Positions 38,199 to 47,988 of a stretch of 64,000 nt of DNA are shown here, in pieces; position 1 is the first letter of the stretch; each line of letters starts with the position of its first letter. Below the pieces are notes generated by a model that worked only from the letters and a program-made list of their open reading frames with translations, made no database searches and was not told the DNA's origin. Source of the stretch: Euryarchaeota archaeon UBA23 (lineage in GTDB: Archaea > Thermoplasmatota > Poseidoniia > Poseidoniales > Thalassarchaeaceae); NCBI GenBank assembly GCA_002498725.1, contig DAIJ01000008.1:5598-69597 (forward strand), given 5' to 3'. The translations under genes and the position numbers were made by a program.

Positions 38199-39746
38199 TC
38201 ACAAACTATCTCTCAGACGTTTGGCTCTTTCTTCAAAGGGGTTCCCAACCTCGCGAAGGAGTCGGGATCGTAGGGCTTCGTGAAGCCACATACCACTATC
38301 TAATTCTAGCATTAGGCCACGAGAAATCAATTCCTCTGGAGGGGTGCCGTTGTATGATGCTGCTGATGCAAGTCTATCCCATGGAACTGGTTGGTCTGCT
38401 ATAGCCAATAATGCAAGTAGTTCCCTATGATCAGTTGGAAGGACTTCAAGAATTTCTTCATCGAGAAATCTGAGCCAATCATCATGTAGGGTTTGACCAT
38501 ACAATTCAAGTAATTCAACTGCAAGTGGATGACCTCCTGTTGCCCTATGTATTTCCTCTGCGGGAGCATCTGAAGGAAGCGATATTGATTCTATCCAATT
38601 TGCTATCTCTTCAATAGATAATCCCGTTAGTCTAAGTTCAACTACTCTGTCTCTAGTGTGGACATCTCTTCTATCGTAGAATGTCAAATTTGTTCTGGAT
38701 ATTAGAAGTAATCTCATATTGGTTGATTCTGAAATCTGAAGTAAAGCGCCAAATAGATATTCACCATCTCTGGATAAATTGTGAACATCATCTAGAATAA
38801 GGATAAAATCATCAAATTGATTTCCTATTCTCTTGTCTTCGTCATTGAGATGGGCTATAAGTCGACGACGATACATATCGATGTTTAGACTTGCACCTGG
38901 TTTCATTGGAAGTGACTCAAGAACGCCATAGGGATCTTTTTCTTCTCCATCTAAGCTAAGTGATAGTCGATGAAGTAAACTTGTGGCTATACCAAGTGTA
39001 GAGTCCCATGGTTGACATGGGTAATACATTACTGATGTATTAGGATTAGATGCAAGAGTAGATTCTAACCAATGACTCGCCAAGGTTGTTTTACCACATC
39101 CAGCAATACCCGAAATAACGGCCATTGGTATATTTGACTGATACCAATTATTGAGAATTGAAACTTCTGACTCTCTACCATGTACAATTCTTGTTTCAGG
39201 AGGGCGTGTGTGATATGTTGAATGTGCACCAGAAAGAAGTCGTAAAGACCCGGGTGCTGATTTTGTAGATTCATCATGACGAACTATGGCACCAAATCTT
39301 ATGTCACCGAAATTAAGAACACCCTCATGTTGTGCGTGCATCAGGACTTGTAATAAAGTCAAACCCGTTTCCAAGCGATTACCTACTTCGTCTGCTCTAA
39401 CTTCCAGTAGGTTTCCTTCTCTTTCTCTCAAGAGAACTGTTATTGATCTAAGGTCTGAAATTCTATGAGAAATCTCTTTTCGGCCTTCTTCAGTTAGTTG
39501 CCATGTCTTCTGTCTTCTTTCTTCGCCTCTAACTACACGAGTATGTTCACTGACTAATCCATCAAAAGCAAGATCTCGCATTGCTCGAGATACATTGGGA
39601 GGATGTAAGGCACAAATCTCAGCAATACCGGGTCTAGTGACTTCCCTATTTACTAGATAGTGATCAGCCTGATGATCCTGTTCCCATAGATGTAATAGGA
39701 TTCTATCTGAAACTGCAACATTTACCTTAGGAGACGGAGGACTCAT
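38199..39746 (-). CDS. wHTH-NB-ARC (STAND) NTPase, putative signal-responsive transcriptional regulator
   Basis: N-terminal MarR/ArsR-like winged helix (ICALHPPNVSRAMRDLAFDGLV). Walker A GIAGCGKTT; Walker B ILILDDVHNL; NB-ARC sensor LLLISRTN; GxP motif GGHPLAVELL. Short helical C-terminus. Confidence 0.65.
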   Translation of the reverse strand: MSPPSPKVNVAVSDRILLHLWEQDHQADHYLVNREVTRPGIAEICALHPPNVSRAMRDLAFDGLVSEHTRVVRGEERRQKTWQLTEEGRKEISHRISDLRSITVLLREREGNLLEVRADEVGNRLETGLTLLQVLMHAQHEGVLNFGDIRFGAIVRHDESTKSAPGSLRLLSGAHSTYHTRPPETRIVHGRESEVSILNNWYQSNIPMAVISGIAGCGKTTLASHWLESTLASNPNTSVMYYPCQPWDSTLGIATSLLHRLSLSLDGEEKDPYGVLESLPMKPGASLNIDMYRRRLIAHLNDEDKRIGNQFDDFILILDDVHNLSRDGEYLFGALLQISESTNMRLLLISRTNLTFYDRRDVHTRDRVVELRLTGLSIEEIANWIESISLPSDAPAEEIHRATGGHPLAVELLELYGQTLHDDWLRFLDEEILEVLPTDHRELLALLAIADQPVPWDRLASAASYNGTPPEELISRGLMLELDSGMWLHEALRSRLLREVGNPFEERAKRLRDSL

Positions 39747-39749
39747 TTC

Positions 39750-41603
39750 TCACATCTCCTGAATGCACTGAGGGTATTGTTCAGTCATCATGGGAGGCAT
39801 AAACAAATCATCACAACCACGAGTTACAGTTGAAAGAGAAAGTATACTTGAGGCTGTGAGACCCAAAGTAACTGATTGAGTAGATACTGGACTTGGAATA
39901 TAGTCTTCTCCAGTTTGACTAATTATCAAATGGATCCCATCTCCCGCTGGGATCAATACGTCCATTCCAAAGAATTCCATTTTAGCGTTCACTGTTTCTC
40001 CGGGTGTCAACACCTCTCCATTTTTACCACCAGCATGATATCGTAAATCCATGACAGCGTGACCAAGGTGCATTTCGTTACTTGCCTGTACCATTTCAAC
40101 AAATAGATGACCACTTGTTGAGAATGCTGAAATTGTTGCATCTACATGGAATGTAGGAGTTCCGACTATACGTGTATCTTCATCAAAGAATGGACATTCA
40201 ATACGAACACCTGAGGAAGAGGTAATTGTCTCTCCTCCTCCTATAACAGTACACTTATCCATTCCATAACGGAGCCATTCTTGATCTGCTGGAGGATAAG
40301 TTTCCTCCACTCTCCACCCCCCCATATTATCTTGTATCTCAGCTATTAAACGAGGTTTTTCTCCATCGTTCTTCAGATAGAAATCGAACCACTCTAAGAG
40401 ATCATCCGCCCAGTCCCATCGAAGAGTGAAAGGAAATGCTTCACCCCCACGACCACTTGAAAGTCCCTGATGTCCACTCATTCTATCTGGATAGTCATGA
40501 CCCCATTGTCCATACATTCCCTTGACTTCGAATCCGTTATCAATCATCATCTGATGAACTGGAAAAGCCATATGTGGATCCACGTTCCAATCTTGCATTC
40601 CATGAATAATGTAAACCGAGCCCTGATAGTTTTCTATTGCACGTGTTAGGAAATGTCTCTCCTGCCAATAGTCTGAACCAGACCATGCCAAGTTATCGCC
40701 GGTGATATAGGCTGCAGGTCCTGCATAATATCCCTCAACATATCCTTCACAAGCATTCTCTATGTCTTCTGAATCGCCATCAAGACCAAAACTGCCATAC
40801 ACACCATTGTGCATTATTGCACCGCGAGCCTCCATACTTCCATTTCTCCACATTAAATCTTGAACGCCAATTAGTCCTGACATTGGAATTATGGTTTTGA
40901 GATGTTCAGATCCCATTGCTGCTGCTTCCCAAGGAGTGGAGCCATCATATGATTTACCAATTATTCCTACTGCTCCATTTGAAAATGGCGCCTTTCCAAG
41001 ATATTCTACTGCTGAATGTATTCCTTGTTGCTCATCAAGGCCCATGAGATCCATGCAATGATTAGATTCTCCAGTACCAAAAACGCTGACCTGTGCAACT
41101 CCATATCCGTGAGGAACAAAATTCTCAATTAGGAATCTTCCCAGACGATTTGCCGGAGTTAGGGCATCAACATCTCCATCATCATAGTATGGCCCTATCT
41201 CTGCAATAACTGGCACCCTACATTCTTCAGGCAATTCTGCTAAATCATAATCGCAGCCATCTATTTGTGGAAGCCATAATCCGAGATGTACTTTGGCTTC
41301 ACCAGTTGCACCAGCCCCGCCATCAGATAATGTGATCTCAGGAACAGAAACGAAAATTGACCTGACAACATCTATACCAAATGTGCCATTGATAGAGACT
41401 CTACTGAATACGTCACCATTTTCATAGAATAGAGAACTGCGTTCTTCAACCGGTTTAAGCCAATGCTCAGAGGCACTGTTCTCTGTAAAGGTTTCATTTC
41501 CAAAGCATCCTGAAAGCATAGGCGCTGCTAGTAGCAAAGCCAAGATGATGCTCGTTGTGGGACGTGACACGCGCTTCGCGCGTCCTGAATCACACATGAG
41601 CAT
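39750..41603 (-). CDS. Secreted/lipoprotein CocE/NonD-family (S15 X-Pro dipeptidyl-peptidase-like) alpha/beta hydrolase
   Basis: Signal peptide with Cys (LLLAAPMLSGC). Nucleophile elbow GKSYDG. C-terminal beta-sandwich typical of S15/CocE. Confidence 0.65.
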   Translation of the reverse strand: MLMCDSGRAKRVSRPTTSIILALLLAAPMLSGCFGNETFTENSASEHWLKPVEERSSLFYENGDVFSRVSINGTFGIDVVRSIFVSVPEITLSDGGAGATGEAKVHLGLWLPQIDGCDYDLAELPEECRVPVIAEIGPYYDDGDVDALTPANRLGRFLIENFVPHGYGVAQVSVFGTGESNHCMDLMGLDEQQGIHSAVEYLGKAPFSNGAVGIIGKSYDGSTPWEAAAMGSEHLKTIIPMSGLIGVQDLMWRNGSMEARGAIMHNGVYGSFGLDGDSEDIENACEGYVEGYYAGPAAYITGDNLAWSGSDYWQERHFLTRAIENYQGSVYIIHGMQDWNVDPHMAFPVHQMMIDNGFEVKGMYGQWGHDYPDRMSGHQGLSSGRGGEAFPFTLRWDWADDLLEWFDFYLKNDGEKPRLIAEIQDNMGGWRVEETYPPADQEWLRYGMDKCTVIGGGETITSSSGVRIECPFFDEDTRIVGTPTFHVDATISAFSTSGHLFVEMVQASNEMHLGHAVMDLRYHAGGKNGEVLTPGETVNAKMEFFGMDVLIPAGDGIHLIISQTGEDYIPSPVSTQSVTLGLTASSILSLSTVTRGCDDLFMPPMMTEQYPQCIQEM

Positions 41604-41688
41604 TGTCTAATGTAGTATCATCACTTAAGTTGGAAAAATAGCATCATTTTTCTTAATTATTCCAGACCATAGGTGTAGATGGTTTGAT

Positions 41689-43215
41689 TTGTATTACATT
41701 ATGCGTAAATACATGGATGCATATGATGAGTTGTTGGCACGACTGAAGGACATAGATTTGATTGGACAAATTGGAGGCCTTATGAGTTGGGATCAGGAAG
41801 TTCTGATGCCTCCAAAAGCTGCAGCACTAAGAGCAGAGCAACTCGCTTGGGTTTCAAAAACAGGACATGAAAGATTAACCGATCCAAAGATAGGAGAACT
41901 CCTAGATGTGCTAGAGTCTACTGATAACTTAGATGACATTCAATCAGCTAATGTAAGACTAGCTCGAGAGGCATATGATAGAGCCACAAAACTCCCCACT
42001 GAGTTCGTTGAAGAAATGGCCAAACACAGATCTAGGGCACAGATTTCTTGGAGTGAAGCCCGTGCAAAAGATGACTTCTCTATATTTCGAGATGATTTGG
42101 CTAAGGCAATTGACCTAGCCCGTCAGAAGGCCGACTATTTCGGTTACGACGATTTGCGATATGATGCACTACTAGACCTGTATGAGTCTGGACTTACAGT
42201 TTCTAGAGTAGATCCTCTATTCAAAGGATTAAGAGACAATGTGGCTCCCTTAGTAAAGGCTGTAATTGAGAATGGAAATAGGCCTGATATGTCTTGGGTA
42301 GAAAACAACAATTGGGAGCAATCATCTCAAGAATCTCTTAGTCACAGTGTAGCTGAGGCAATTGGATTTGACTTTGATGCTGGAAGACGGGATGCATCTA
42401 CTCATCCATTCTGCGGAGGACCAAATCCAGATGATGTGCGTTGGACTACAAGATACAGTGAGTCTGATCCATTTGGTTCACTGTATGGCTCTATGCATGA
42501 AACTGGACATGGGACCTATGAACAAGGACGAAGAAGAGATTTAGATTTCCAGCCTGCAGGTAAGGCAAATGGGTTAGGAGTACATGAAAGTCAGAGTAGA
42601 TTATGGGAAAATCAAGTTGGAAGATCTCGTGAATTTTGTGAATGGGTGCTACCTGTTTGGAGAGAAAACTTCCCCAATAATATGGAGGGCATAGATGCCG
42701 AGCAGTTATGGCAAGCTGTCAATTTAGTTGAACCCAGTTTGATTAGAGTTGAGGCGGATGAAGCTACTTATAATTTACACATCATGATTCGTTATGAAAT
42801 TGAAAAGAAACTTATTGCTGGAGATCTAGAAGTTGATGATTTACCCGAAGCTTGGGATGATATGTATGAAGAATTTCTAGGGATTCGTGCGCCAAATCGA
42901 ACTCTAGGGGTGCTCCAGGATATTCATTGGTCTATGGGTGCTTTCGGGTACTTCCCAACATATACTCTTGGTAACCTATACGCTGCTCAATTACTAGAGG
43001 CAGCAAGGAAAGAATTGCCAACACATGATGAACAAATGAGAAATGGAGAATTTGGCCCTCTGCTCTCTTGGATGAGAAAGAATGTGCATCAGCGTGGGAG
43101 CATATTAGAACCTGCAGCATTAATTGAAGAAGCTACAGGTTCTCCTCCTTCTCCTGATGCCTTTGTCACCTATCTAAAGGACAAAATAGAGTCGTTGTAT
43201 GGAATAAAAGCGTGA
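41689..43215 (+). CDS. Carboxypeptidase Taq-type metallocarboxypeptidase (M32)
   Basis: HETGHGTYEQG (HExxH) and conserved DIHWSMGAFGYFPTYTLGN. About 500 aa. Confidence 0.85.
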   Translation: MYYIMRKYMDAYDELLARLKDIDLIGQIGGLMSWDQEVLMPPKAAALRAEQLAWVSKTGHERLTDPKIGELLDVLESTDNLDDIQSANVRLAREAYDRATKLPTEFVEEMAKHRSRAQISWSEARAKDDFSIFRDDLAKAIDLARQKADYFGYDDLRYDALLDLYESGLTVSRVDPLFKGLRDNVAPLVKAVIENGNRPDMSWVENNNWEQSSQESLSHSVAEAIGFDFDAGRRDASTHPFCGGPNPDDVRWTTRYSESDPFGSLYGSMHETGHGTYEQGRRRDLDFQPAGKANGLGVHESQSRLWENQVGRSREFCEWVLPVWRENFPNNMEGIDAEQLWQAVNLVEPSLIRVEADEATYNLHIMIRYEIEKKLIAGDLEVDDLPEAWDDMYEEFLGIRAPNRTLGVLQDIHWSMGAFGYFPTYTLGNLYAAQLLEAARKELPTHDEQMRNGEFGPLLSWMRKNVHQRGSILEPAALIEEATGSPPSPDAFVTYLKDKIESLYGIKA

Positions 43216-44288
43216 AAAATATGGCTGGACATTCTCTAGAAAATATCGCATCATTTGTGCGTGATTTGGGGGGTGCTTGTTCTTCTATACTAATGAAAAA
43301 TGATTTCTTATTCGCTGGATCTCATGATGGAATGCTAATCTGTTGGAACAACAATACTGGAGATGAATTATGGAGATCTAAAGTAACCGGACCGATTAAT
43401 GATATCGCCTTGGATGAAAATATGGTTCTAATTACTGCATCTGCTAATATTCATGCTTTCAATTTAGAGGACGGCCTTATTTTGTGGAGTCGTGAACTAG
43501 AAGGGGCAAGTGATTTTGTTGTAGTAAAAGATAGTGTTATTTGGGCTAGTTCATCAGTGTACGAATTAGAAGTTGCCGACTTTATTGAATCTACAATTTG
43601 GAATTTCAACAAAAATGGAGATGAAGTCGAAAGATGGGTCATCGAAGAACGTCCGTGGATTCTTGGATTAAATGAGAAAGAGGAGGTCTTACTAGGACTA
43701 GGCCGACCTAGATGCGGATATATTAGAATTAGAATTGGGCAAAAACCAGAACACATAATTCTAGAAACCGATAGCCCTGTGACTTGTGGGTGCTGTAACT
43801 CTCCAAACAATTTTGTTTTTGGGCATGCCAATGGTAGTGTAAGTGTTGTTAATGAAGAGAAACACTCCACATACTCAAATGATGATCAATCTTTAATAAC
43901 TGCTGTAATGAACTTTCAGGAGGGGTGGATTGCTGGTAACGAAAACGGAATTTTGTATGCACATAATCAAATCAAAACTAGATCTGGTTCGATAGATGCT
44001 CTTGCTGAATGTTCTGGATATGCTTGGGCTTCATCCTGGAATGGAAGAAACTCAACTTTATTGAGATGGAATTTGGAAGGAAATGAACTTGAGATTTCAC
44101 ATGATTCAAGACTCCGTCAAATTTGTAGTTATAATGAAAAACTTGTACTCGGTGACGATTTCGGACGAGTTTTTTTGGTAGAGAATAATGTATTAGAAAG
44201 AAGGGTCAAAATAGTGGCTGAAGATGAAGATGAACAGATCAGAAATTCAGAATTAAGGGCACGACTGAGGATGTTAAGAAATCAATAA
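43212..44288 (+). CDS. PQQ-like beta-propeller repeat protein
   Basis: Repeated blade motifs (DGMLICWNNNTGDELWRS, DGLILWSREL, and so on) and a charged C-terminal tail. Start overlaps the M32 gene stop (ATGA). Confidence 0.55.
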   Translation: MKNMAGHSLENIASFVRDLGGACSSILMKNDFLFAGSHDGMLICWNNNTGDELWRSKVTGPINDIALDENMVLITASANIHAFNLEDGLILWSRELEGASDFVVVKDSVIWASSSVYELEVADFIESTIWNFNKNGDEVERWVIEERPWILGLNEKEEVLLGLGRPRCGYIRIRIGQKPEHIILETDSPVTCGCCNSPNNFVFGHANGSVSVVNEEKHSTYSNDDQSLITAVMNFQEGWIAGNENGILYAHNQIKTRSGSIDALAECSGYAWASSWNGRNSTLLRWNLEGNELEISHDSRLRQICSYNEKLVLGDDFGRVFLVENNVLERRVKIVAEDEDEQIRNSELRARLRMLRNQ

Positions 44289-44289
44289 T

Positions 44290-45137
44290 TTCAATATTTT
44301 CTGCACTGGAAAATAACATCCCCAGACCTCTATTTCCGGTCCACAGTGCCTCATTTAGGGAAAAGTTTATGTGCCTCTGACCCTCAGACCTAAGATGCCG
44401 CTTCGTGGGAGTGGTGTGGCAGGCACTTAGGTGCAGGCCGCGGGCCACAGAACCGAACCCCAAACACGGGGTGGTAGAACCGGGCTTCGAAAGAAGATCG
44501 GGGATAATCAAACTCGTCTTGTGGACGAGGGAGATGCGGTTGAACTGTAATGGAGCAAACGGACGCAAGAAAGTGAGCAAAGATACAGGGGAAGCTGGGG
44601 AAAACGAACCGAACTGTCTAGGCAGGGAAAACACAACCAAACCAGAAAACCAAACCGCGGGTGCATGAGCGAAGGATAAAAGAACCAGAGATGGGAAAAT
44701 ATCTGAGGCTTATCTACGGGAAACAAAGGCAGAAAAAAAACTGGACGCAAGAAAGGGGAAAAGAAACCTGAGGGAAACGTAGCGGGAACAAGAGCGCGGA
44801 GACGCGTGGAGGACCGGCATCAGTTCCACTAAACAAACTGGTGAGAGCCAGGGAGAGAAGTGGAAACGCAGAAACAGGGAGTGATCTCTGAAGAAGCGGA
44901 AACGACAAAAGAGCTCTTAGGAGTTCAAGAGTCATCTACCCGGAGAAATAATTGTCTTAGGGCAAGGAAAGAACCGGACCCTGCGGAGTCAGCAGGGGGC
45001 GATGCTCCCCCATGTGCAGAACCCCCTGCTGCTCCCACCTTGTACCAAAGTACGGCTGAGCCCTATTACATCTCGTTATCAATCATTGCGGAGTCTTTCT
45101 GCAGAATCTATTGGTTTTCAAACAGTAGCCTTTACTG
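44290..45137 (+). other. 850-bp convergent intergenic island with extreme purine/T-depleted strand bias and elevated GC; candidate structured ncRNA or protein-binding motif array
   Basis: No credible ORF: both strands give only low-complexity peptides. The + strand is heavily purine-rich and T-depleted. GGAAAC / GGGAAA(A)C occur at least 8 times and AGAACC(G) at least 5 times. The 3' end carries a perfect 10-bp stem (44990-45031) overlapping an alternative 5-bp G5/C5 hairpin (44995-45011). Confidence 0.3.
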
Positions 45138-46745
45138 TCACTGTCCTCGATTTGGTCCAATCATTTCTGATGGCCTTACCCATTGGTCGAATTGTTCGTT
45201 AGTAAGTATTCCCAGAGATATTGATGATTCACGTAAAGTCAATTGGTTGTCATGAGCGTGTTTGGCTATTTTAGCCGCAGAATCGTAACCGATGTGATTG
45301 TTTAGTGCTGTAACAAGCATCAGGCTATTCTCAAGGTGATTATGGATTACATCTTCGTTCGCTTTGAGATCTTTAACACATCTTTCTGTGAAGGAAATAC
45401 AAGTATCTGCAAGAAGCCTAGTACTATGTAGAAGATTGTATATCATCATTGGCTTGAATACATTCAACTCAAAATTCCCTTGACTTCCCCCTATTGTAAT
45501 AGACATGTGGTTCCCCATAACTTGGCAGCAAACCATTGTCATAGCCTCTGATTGAGTTGGGTTTACTTTTCCGGGCATTATGGATGACCCGGGTTCATTT
45601 GCAGGTAGGCTTAATTCTCCGAAACCACACCGTGGACCCGATCCCATCCATCGTATATCATTGGAGATTTTCATTAGACTTGTAGCTAATGTATTGAGAG
45701 AACCCGACATTGCAACTATAGCATCATGTGCAGCCAATTGGGCGAATTTATTCTCTGCTGAAACAAAGGCAATTCCTGTTTTACTTGATATCCTAGTTGC
45801 TACTTTGTCTGGAAATTCTTCATGTGTATTGAGACCGGTGCCAACTGCAGTCCCCCCCAAGGCCAATTCAAGAAGGTCGTTCCAAGAGTTTTCAATTCGG
45901 TGTATGTCTGCTTCCAACATGGAAGCATAGCCACCGAATTCTTGGCCTAGAGTAAGGGGTACTGCATCCATTAGATGTGTTCGTCCAATCTTAACTATGT
46001 CGCTAAATTCTCTGGATTTTTCTGCTAAATCGCCTTGAAGTCGGCGTACTGCAGGGAGTAGACGATGATGAATTTCTTCTGCTGCTGCAATGTGCATTGC
46101 TGTTGGGAATGTGTCATTACTGGATTGGCCTCTATTAACATGATCATTTGGATGAACTGGTGACTTGCTTCCTAATTCTCCACCGGCCATTTCAATTGCT
46201 CTGTTGGCGATTACTTCATTCGCGTTCATATTTGTCTGAGTCCCTGAACCCGTCTGCCATACACGAAGAGGGAAGTGGTCATCTAAAGAACCAGATATCA
46301 CTTCATCGCAGGCTGATGATATCAATGCTCCAACTTGTGGATCTAATTGATTGAGTTCTACATTTGTTTCAGCGGCTGCTTGCTTTAGTATTCCAAACGC
46401 TCGAATTAGAGATTTTGGCATGATGTCGTCGCCTATATCAAAATTGGTTAGAGACCTAGCTGTTTGACAGCCATAGTATCTACTAGATGGAACTTTTAGT
46501 TCCCCCATGGTGTCTTTTTCTATTCTAAATGTGCCTTCTTCCGATTTAGCGACTCTCTGATTAATTTGGTGTTTTTCCTGGTGTAATGATGGTGAAGATT
46601 CAAGGCTATTTTGGATCATGCCTGCTATTGTTGCACTACGTCCCTTGTCTTTTCCCTTACCTACTCTACGATCGAGTTTTCTAGCTAATTCTTCTGGAAT
46701 GCTTATGCTGATTATGCGGCGGTCTCCTGACCTATGCTTAGCCAT
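45138..46745 (-). CDS. fumC: Fumarate hydratase class II (FumC) with in-frame N-terminal ribbon-helix-helix (CopG/NikR-like) extension
   Basis: Core is near-colinear with E. coli FumC ([29 protein letters not shown]-terminal [13 protein letters not shown]...WVRPSEMIG). The first ~45 aa ([39 protein letters not shown]) match the RHH beta-strand-helixA-helixB pattern. No stop lies between the RHH region and the FumC core. Confidence 0.8.
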   Translation of the reverse strand: MAKHRSGDRRIISISIPEELARKLDRRVGKGKDKGRSATIAGMIQNSLESSPSLHQEKHQINQRVAKSEEGTFRIEKDTMGELKVPSSRYYGCQTARSLTNFDIGDDIMPKSLIRAFGILKQAAAETNVELNQLDPQVGALISSACDEVISGSLDDHFPLRVWQTGSGTQTNMNANEVIANRAIEMAGGELGSKSPVHPNDHVNRGQSSNDTFPTAMHIAAAEEIHHRLLPAVRRLQGDLAEKSREFSDIVKIGRTHLMDAVPLTLGQEFGGYASMLEADIHRIENSWNDLLELALGGTAVGTGLNTHEEFPDKVATRISSKTGIAFVSAENKFAQLAAHDAIVAMSGSLNTLATSLMKISNDIRWMGSGPRCGFGELSLPANEPGSSIMPGKVNPTQSEAMTMVCCQVMGNHMSITIGGSQGNFELNVFKPMMIYNLLHSTRLLADTCISFTERCVKDLKANEDVIHNHLENSLMLVTALNNHIGYDSAAKIAKHAHDNQLTLRESSISLGILTNEQFDQWVRPSEMIGPNRGQ

Positions 46746-46857
46746 AATTTAACTCCGTTAATTAGTTATTAATAAATTTTGAGTTTTTTAGAGCAGTACT
46801 ACGTTAATAACAAAATTTATTATAAACTTCTAGTTAGAAATTAAGAAATTATTAATT
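46746..46857 (-). promoter_or_regulatory. Extremely AT-rich 112-bp spacer (fumC promoter / ppiB terminator region)
   Basis: Almost entirely A/T (TTATTAATAAATTTTGAGTTTTTTAG..., AAATTAAGAAATTATTAATTT). Contains TATA-like and T-run elements. Lies between the ppiB stop and the fumC start on the same strand. Confidence 0.35.
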
Positions 46858-47349
46858 TCAGACTTTCAGCCGCTCTACTTTGATTATTTTTTGGGGTTCG
46901 TAGGGACGATCTCCTGGTTTTGTATCACAATTCTCGATCTTGTATACGTTCTCCATACCTTCGATTACTTCTCCAAATATAGCATGATTTCCATTAAGCC
47001 AAGGAGTAGGTACTGTTGTTAGGAAAAATTGCGATCCGCCAGTGTTTGGACCCGCATTTGCCATTGAAAAAAGACCAGGGCGATCGTGTTGCTTGGCCAA
47101 GGCGGATTGTTCGCAAGGAATTTTCCAACCAGGACCACCAGTTCCAGCTCTTCCATCGAACGGATCTTTTGATCTTGGACATCCGCCTTGAATCATGAAA
47201 TTCTTGATTACTCTGTGGAAGTGAAGGCCATTATAGAATCCTTCATCTACCAATTTTAGAAAATTACCAGTGGTTTCTGGGCAGTCTTCAGTATATAATG
47301 CAATATCAATTTCTCCGGCGCTCGTTGTCATCCTAACTATGGTCGGCAT
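46858..47349 (-). CDS. ppiB: Peptidyl-prolyl cis-trans isomerase, cyclophilin type
   Basis: HRVIKNFMIQGG, SMANAGPNTGGSQFF, HAIFGEV. Confidence 0.9.
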   Translation of the reverse strand: MPTIVRMTTSAGEIDIALYTEDCPETTGNFLKLVDEGFYNGLHFHRVIKNFMIQGGCPRSKDPFDGRAGTGGPGWKIPCEQSALAKQHDRPGLFSMANAGPNTGGSQFFLTTVPTPWLNGNHAIFGEVIEGMENVYKIENCDTKPGDRPYEPQKIIKVERLKV

Positions 47350-47394
47350 GTTACTGGCTACATCAAGTAGTCCAATAGTCTAACGATGGGGAGA

Positions 47395-47946
47395 TCACTC
47401 ATCACGGGATAAATTTGCATTAATCTCCTGCAACAAATCTCTGATCTCGACTAAGACTTCACTGGAATCGGAGGGAGATACTGGTTGAGATGATGTCTGA
47501 GGGGATGCGACCAGTGAGTCTCTGTGTTGAAGAACGACATCGCGGAATTGATCCGCGTTTTTCACCCCAGACAGAATGAAAGGTGCAGCACCTGCAGTCT
47601 CGAATTGCATCTTGACAACCCCGAGTGCTTTCAGAATTGGGCCTTCTGAAATTGATACGTCAGTAAGTTTGTCTAGAGCGATGTTCTGTTGCTTCTTGAA
47701 TAACCAACCCATACGCATATTGAGGGAACGAGCAGTTAGAGCCCCACTCATATGTTCGTACTGCTTCTGGTGAACTATCCAACCAAATGGAATCCAAATC
47801 AGCATCAACGGGATTCCTATAAATGTCGTTAGGAGACCTAAATTAGCCGTTAACCACCAATAAATGATGATTTTTTTGTCAAATTCTACAGACATAATTT
47901 GGCCGCTGTCAACATAACTGGTTTGGATCGCATCGCCGTCTTCCAT
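47395..47946 (-). CDS. Membrane protein with bacterial PH-like (bPH_2 / YdbS-like) domain
   Basis: Two N-terminal TM helices followed by a roughly 80-aa domain fitting the bPH_2 pattern (...LTARSLNMRMGWLFKKQQNIALDKLTDVSISEGPILKALG...). Confidence 0.45.
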   Translation of the reverse strand: MEDGDAIQTSYVDSGQIMSVEFDKKIIIYWWLTANLGLLTTFIGIPLMLIWIPFGWIVHQKQYEHMSGALTARSLNMRMGWLFKKQQNIALDKLTDVSISEGPILKALGVVKMQFETAGAAPFILSGVKNADQFRDVVLQHRDSLVASPQTSSQPVSPSDSSEVLVEIRDLLQEINANLSRDE

Positions 47947-47988
47947 GATTATGGGAAAGAGATATGAGTTATGTGTTTTATTGCATAT

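Noticed and set aside
44440-44490. Possible RNase P RNA P4-like element (AGAACCGGGCUU)
   Set aside because: No matching 5' P4 strand (AGGAAAGUCC-like) occurs at an appropriate distance. The extreme purine bias is incompatible with the base-paired RNase P fold. SRP-RNA helix-8 motifs are likewise not recognisable.
44239-45255. Six overlapping 66-133-aa ORFs on both strands in the purine-rich island
   Set aside because: Their translations are low-complexity (L/F/S/P-rich or K/E/R/G-rich) and mutually overlapping, which is typical of compositionally biased noncoding DNA. The region is reported as a noncoding anomaly instead.
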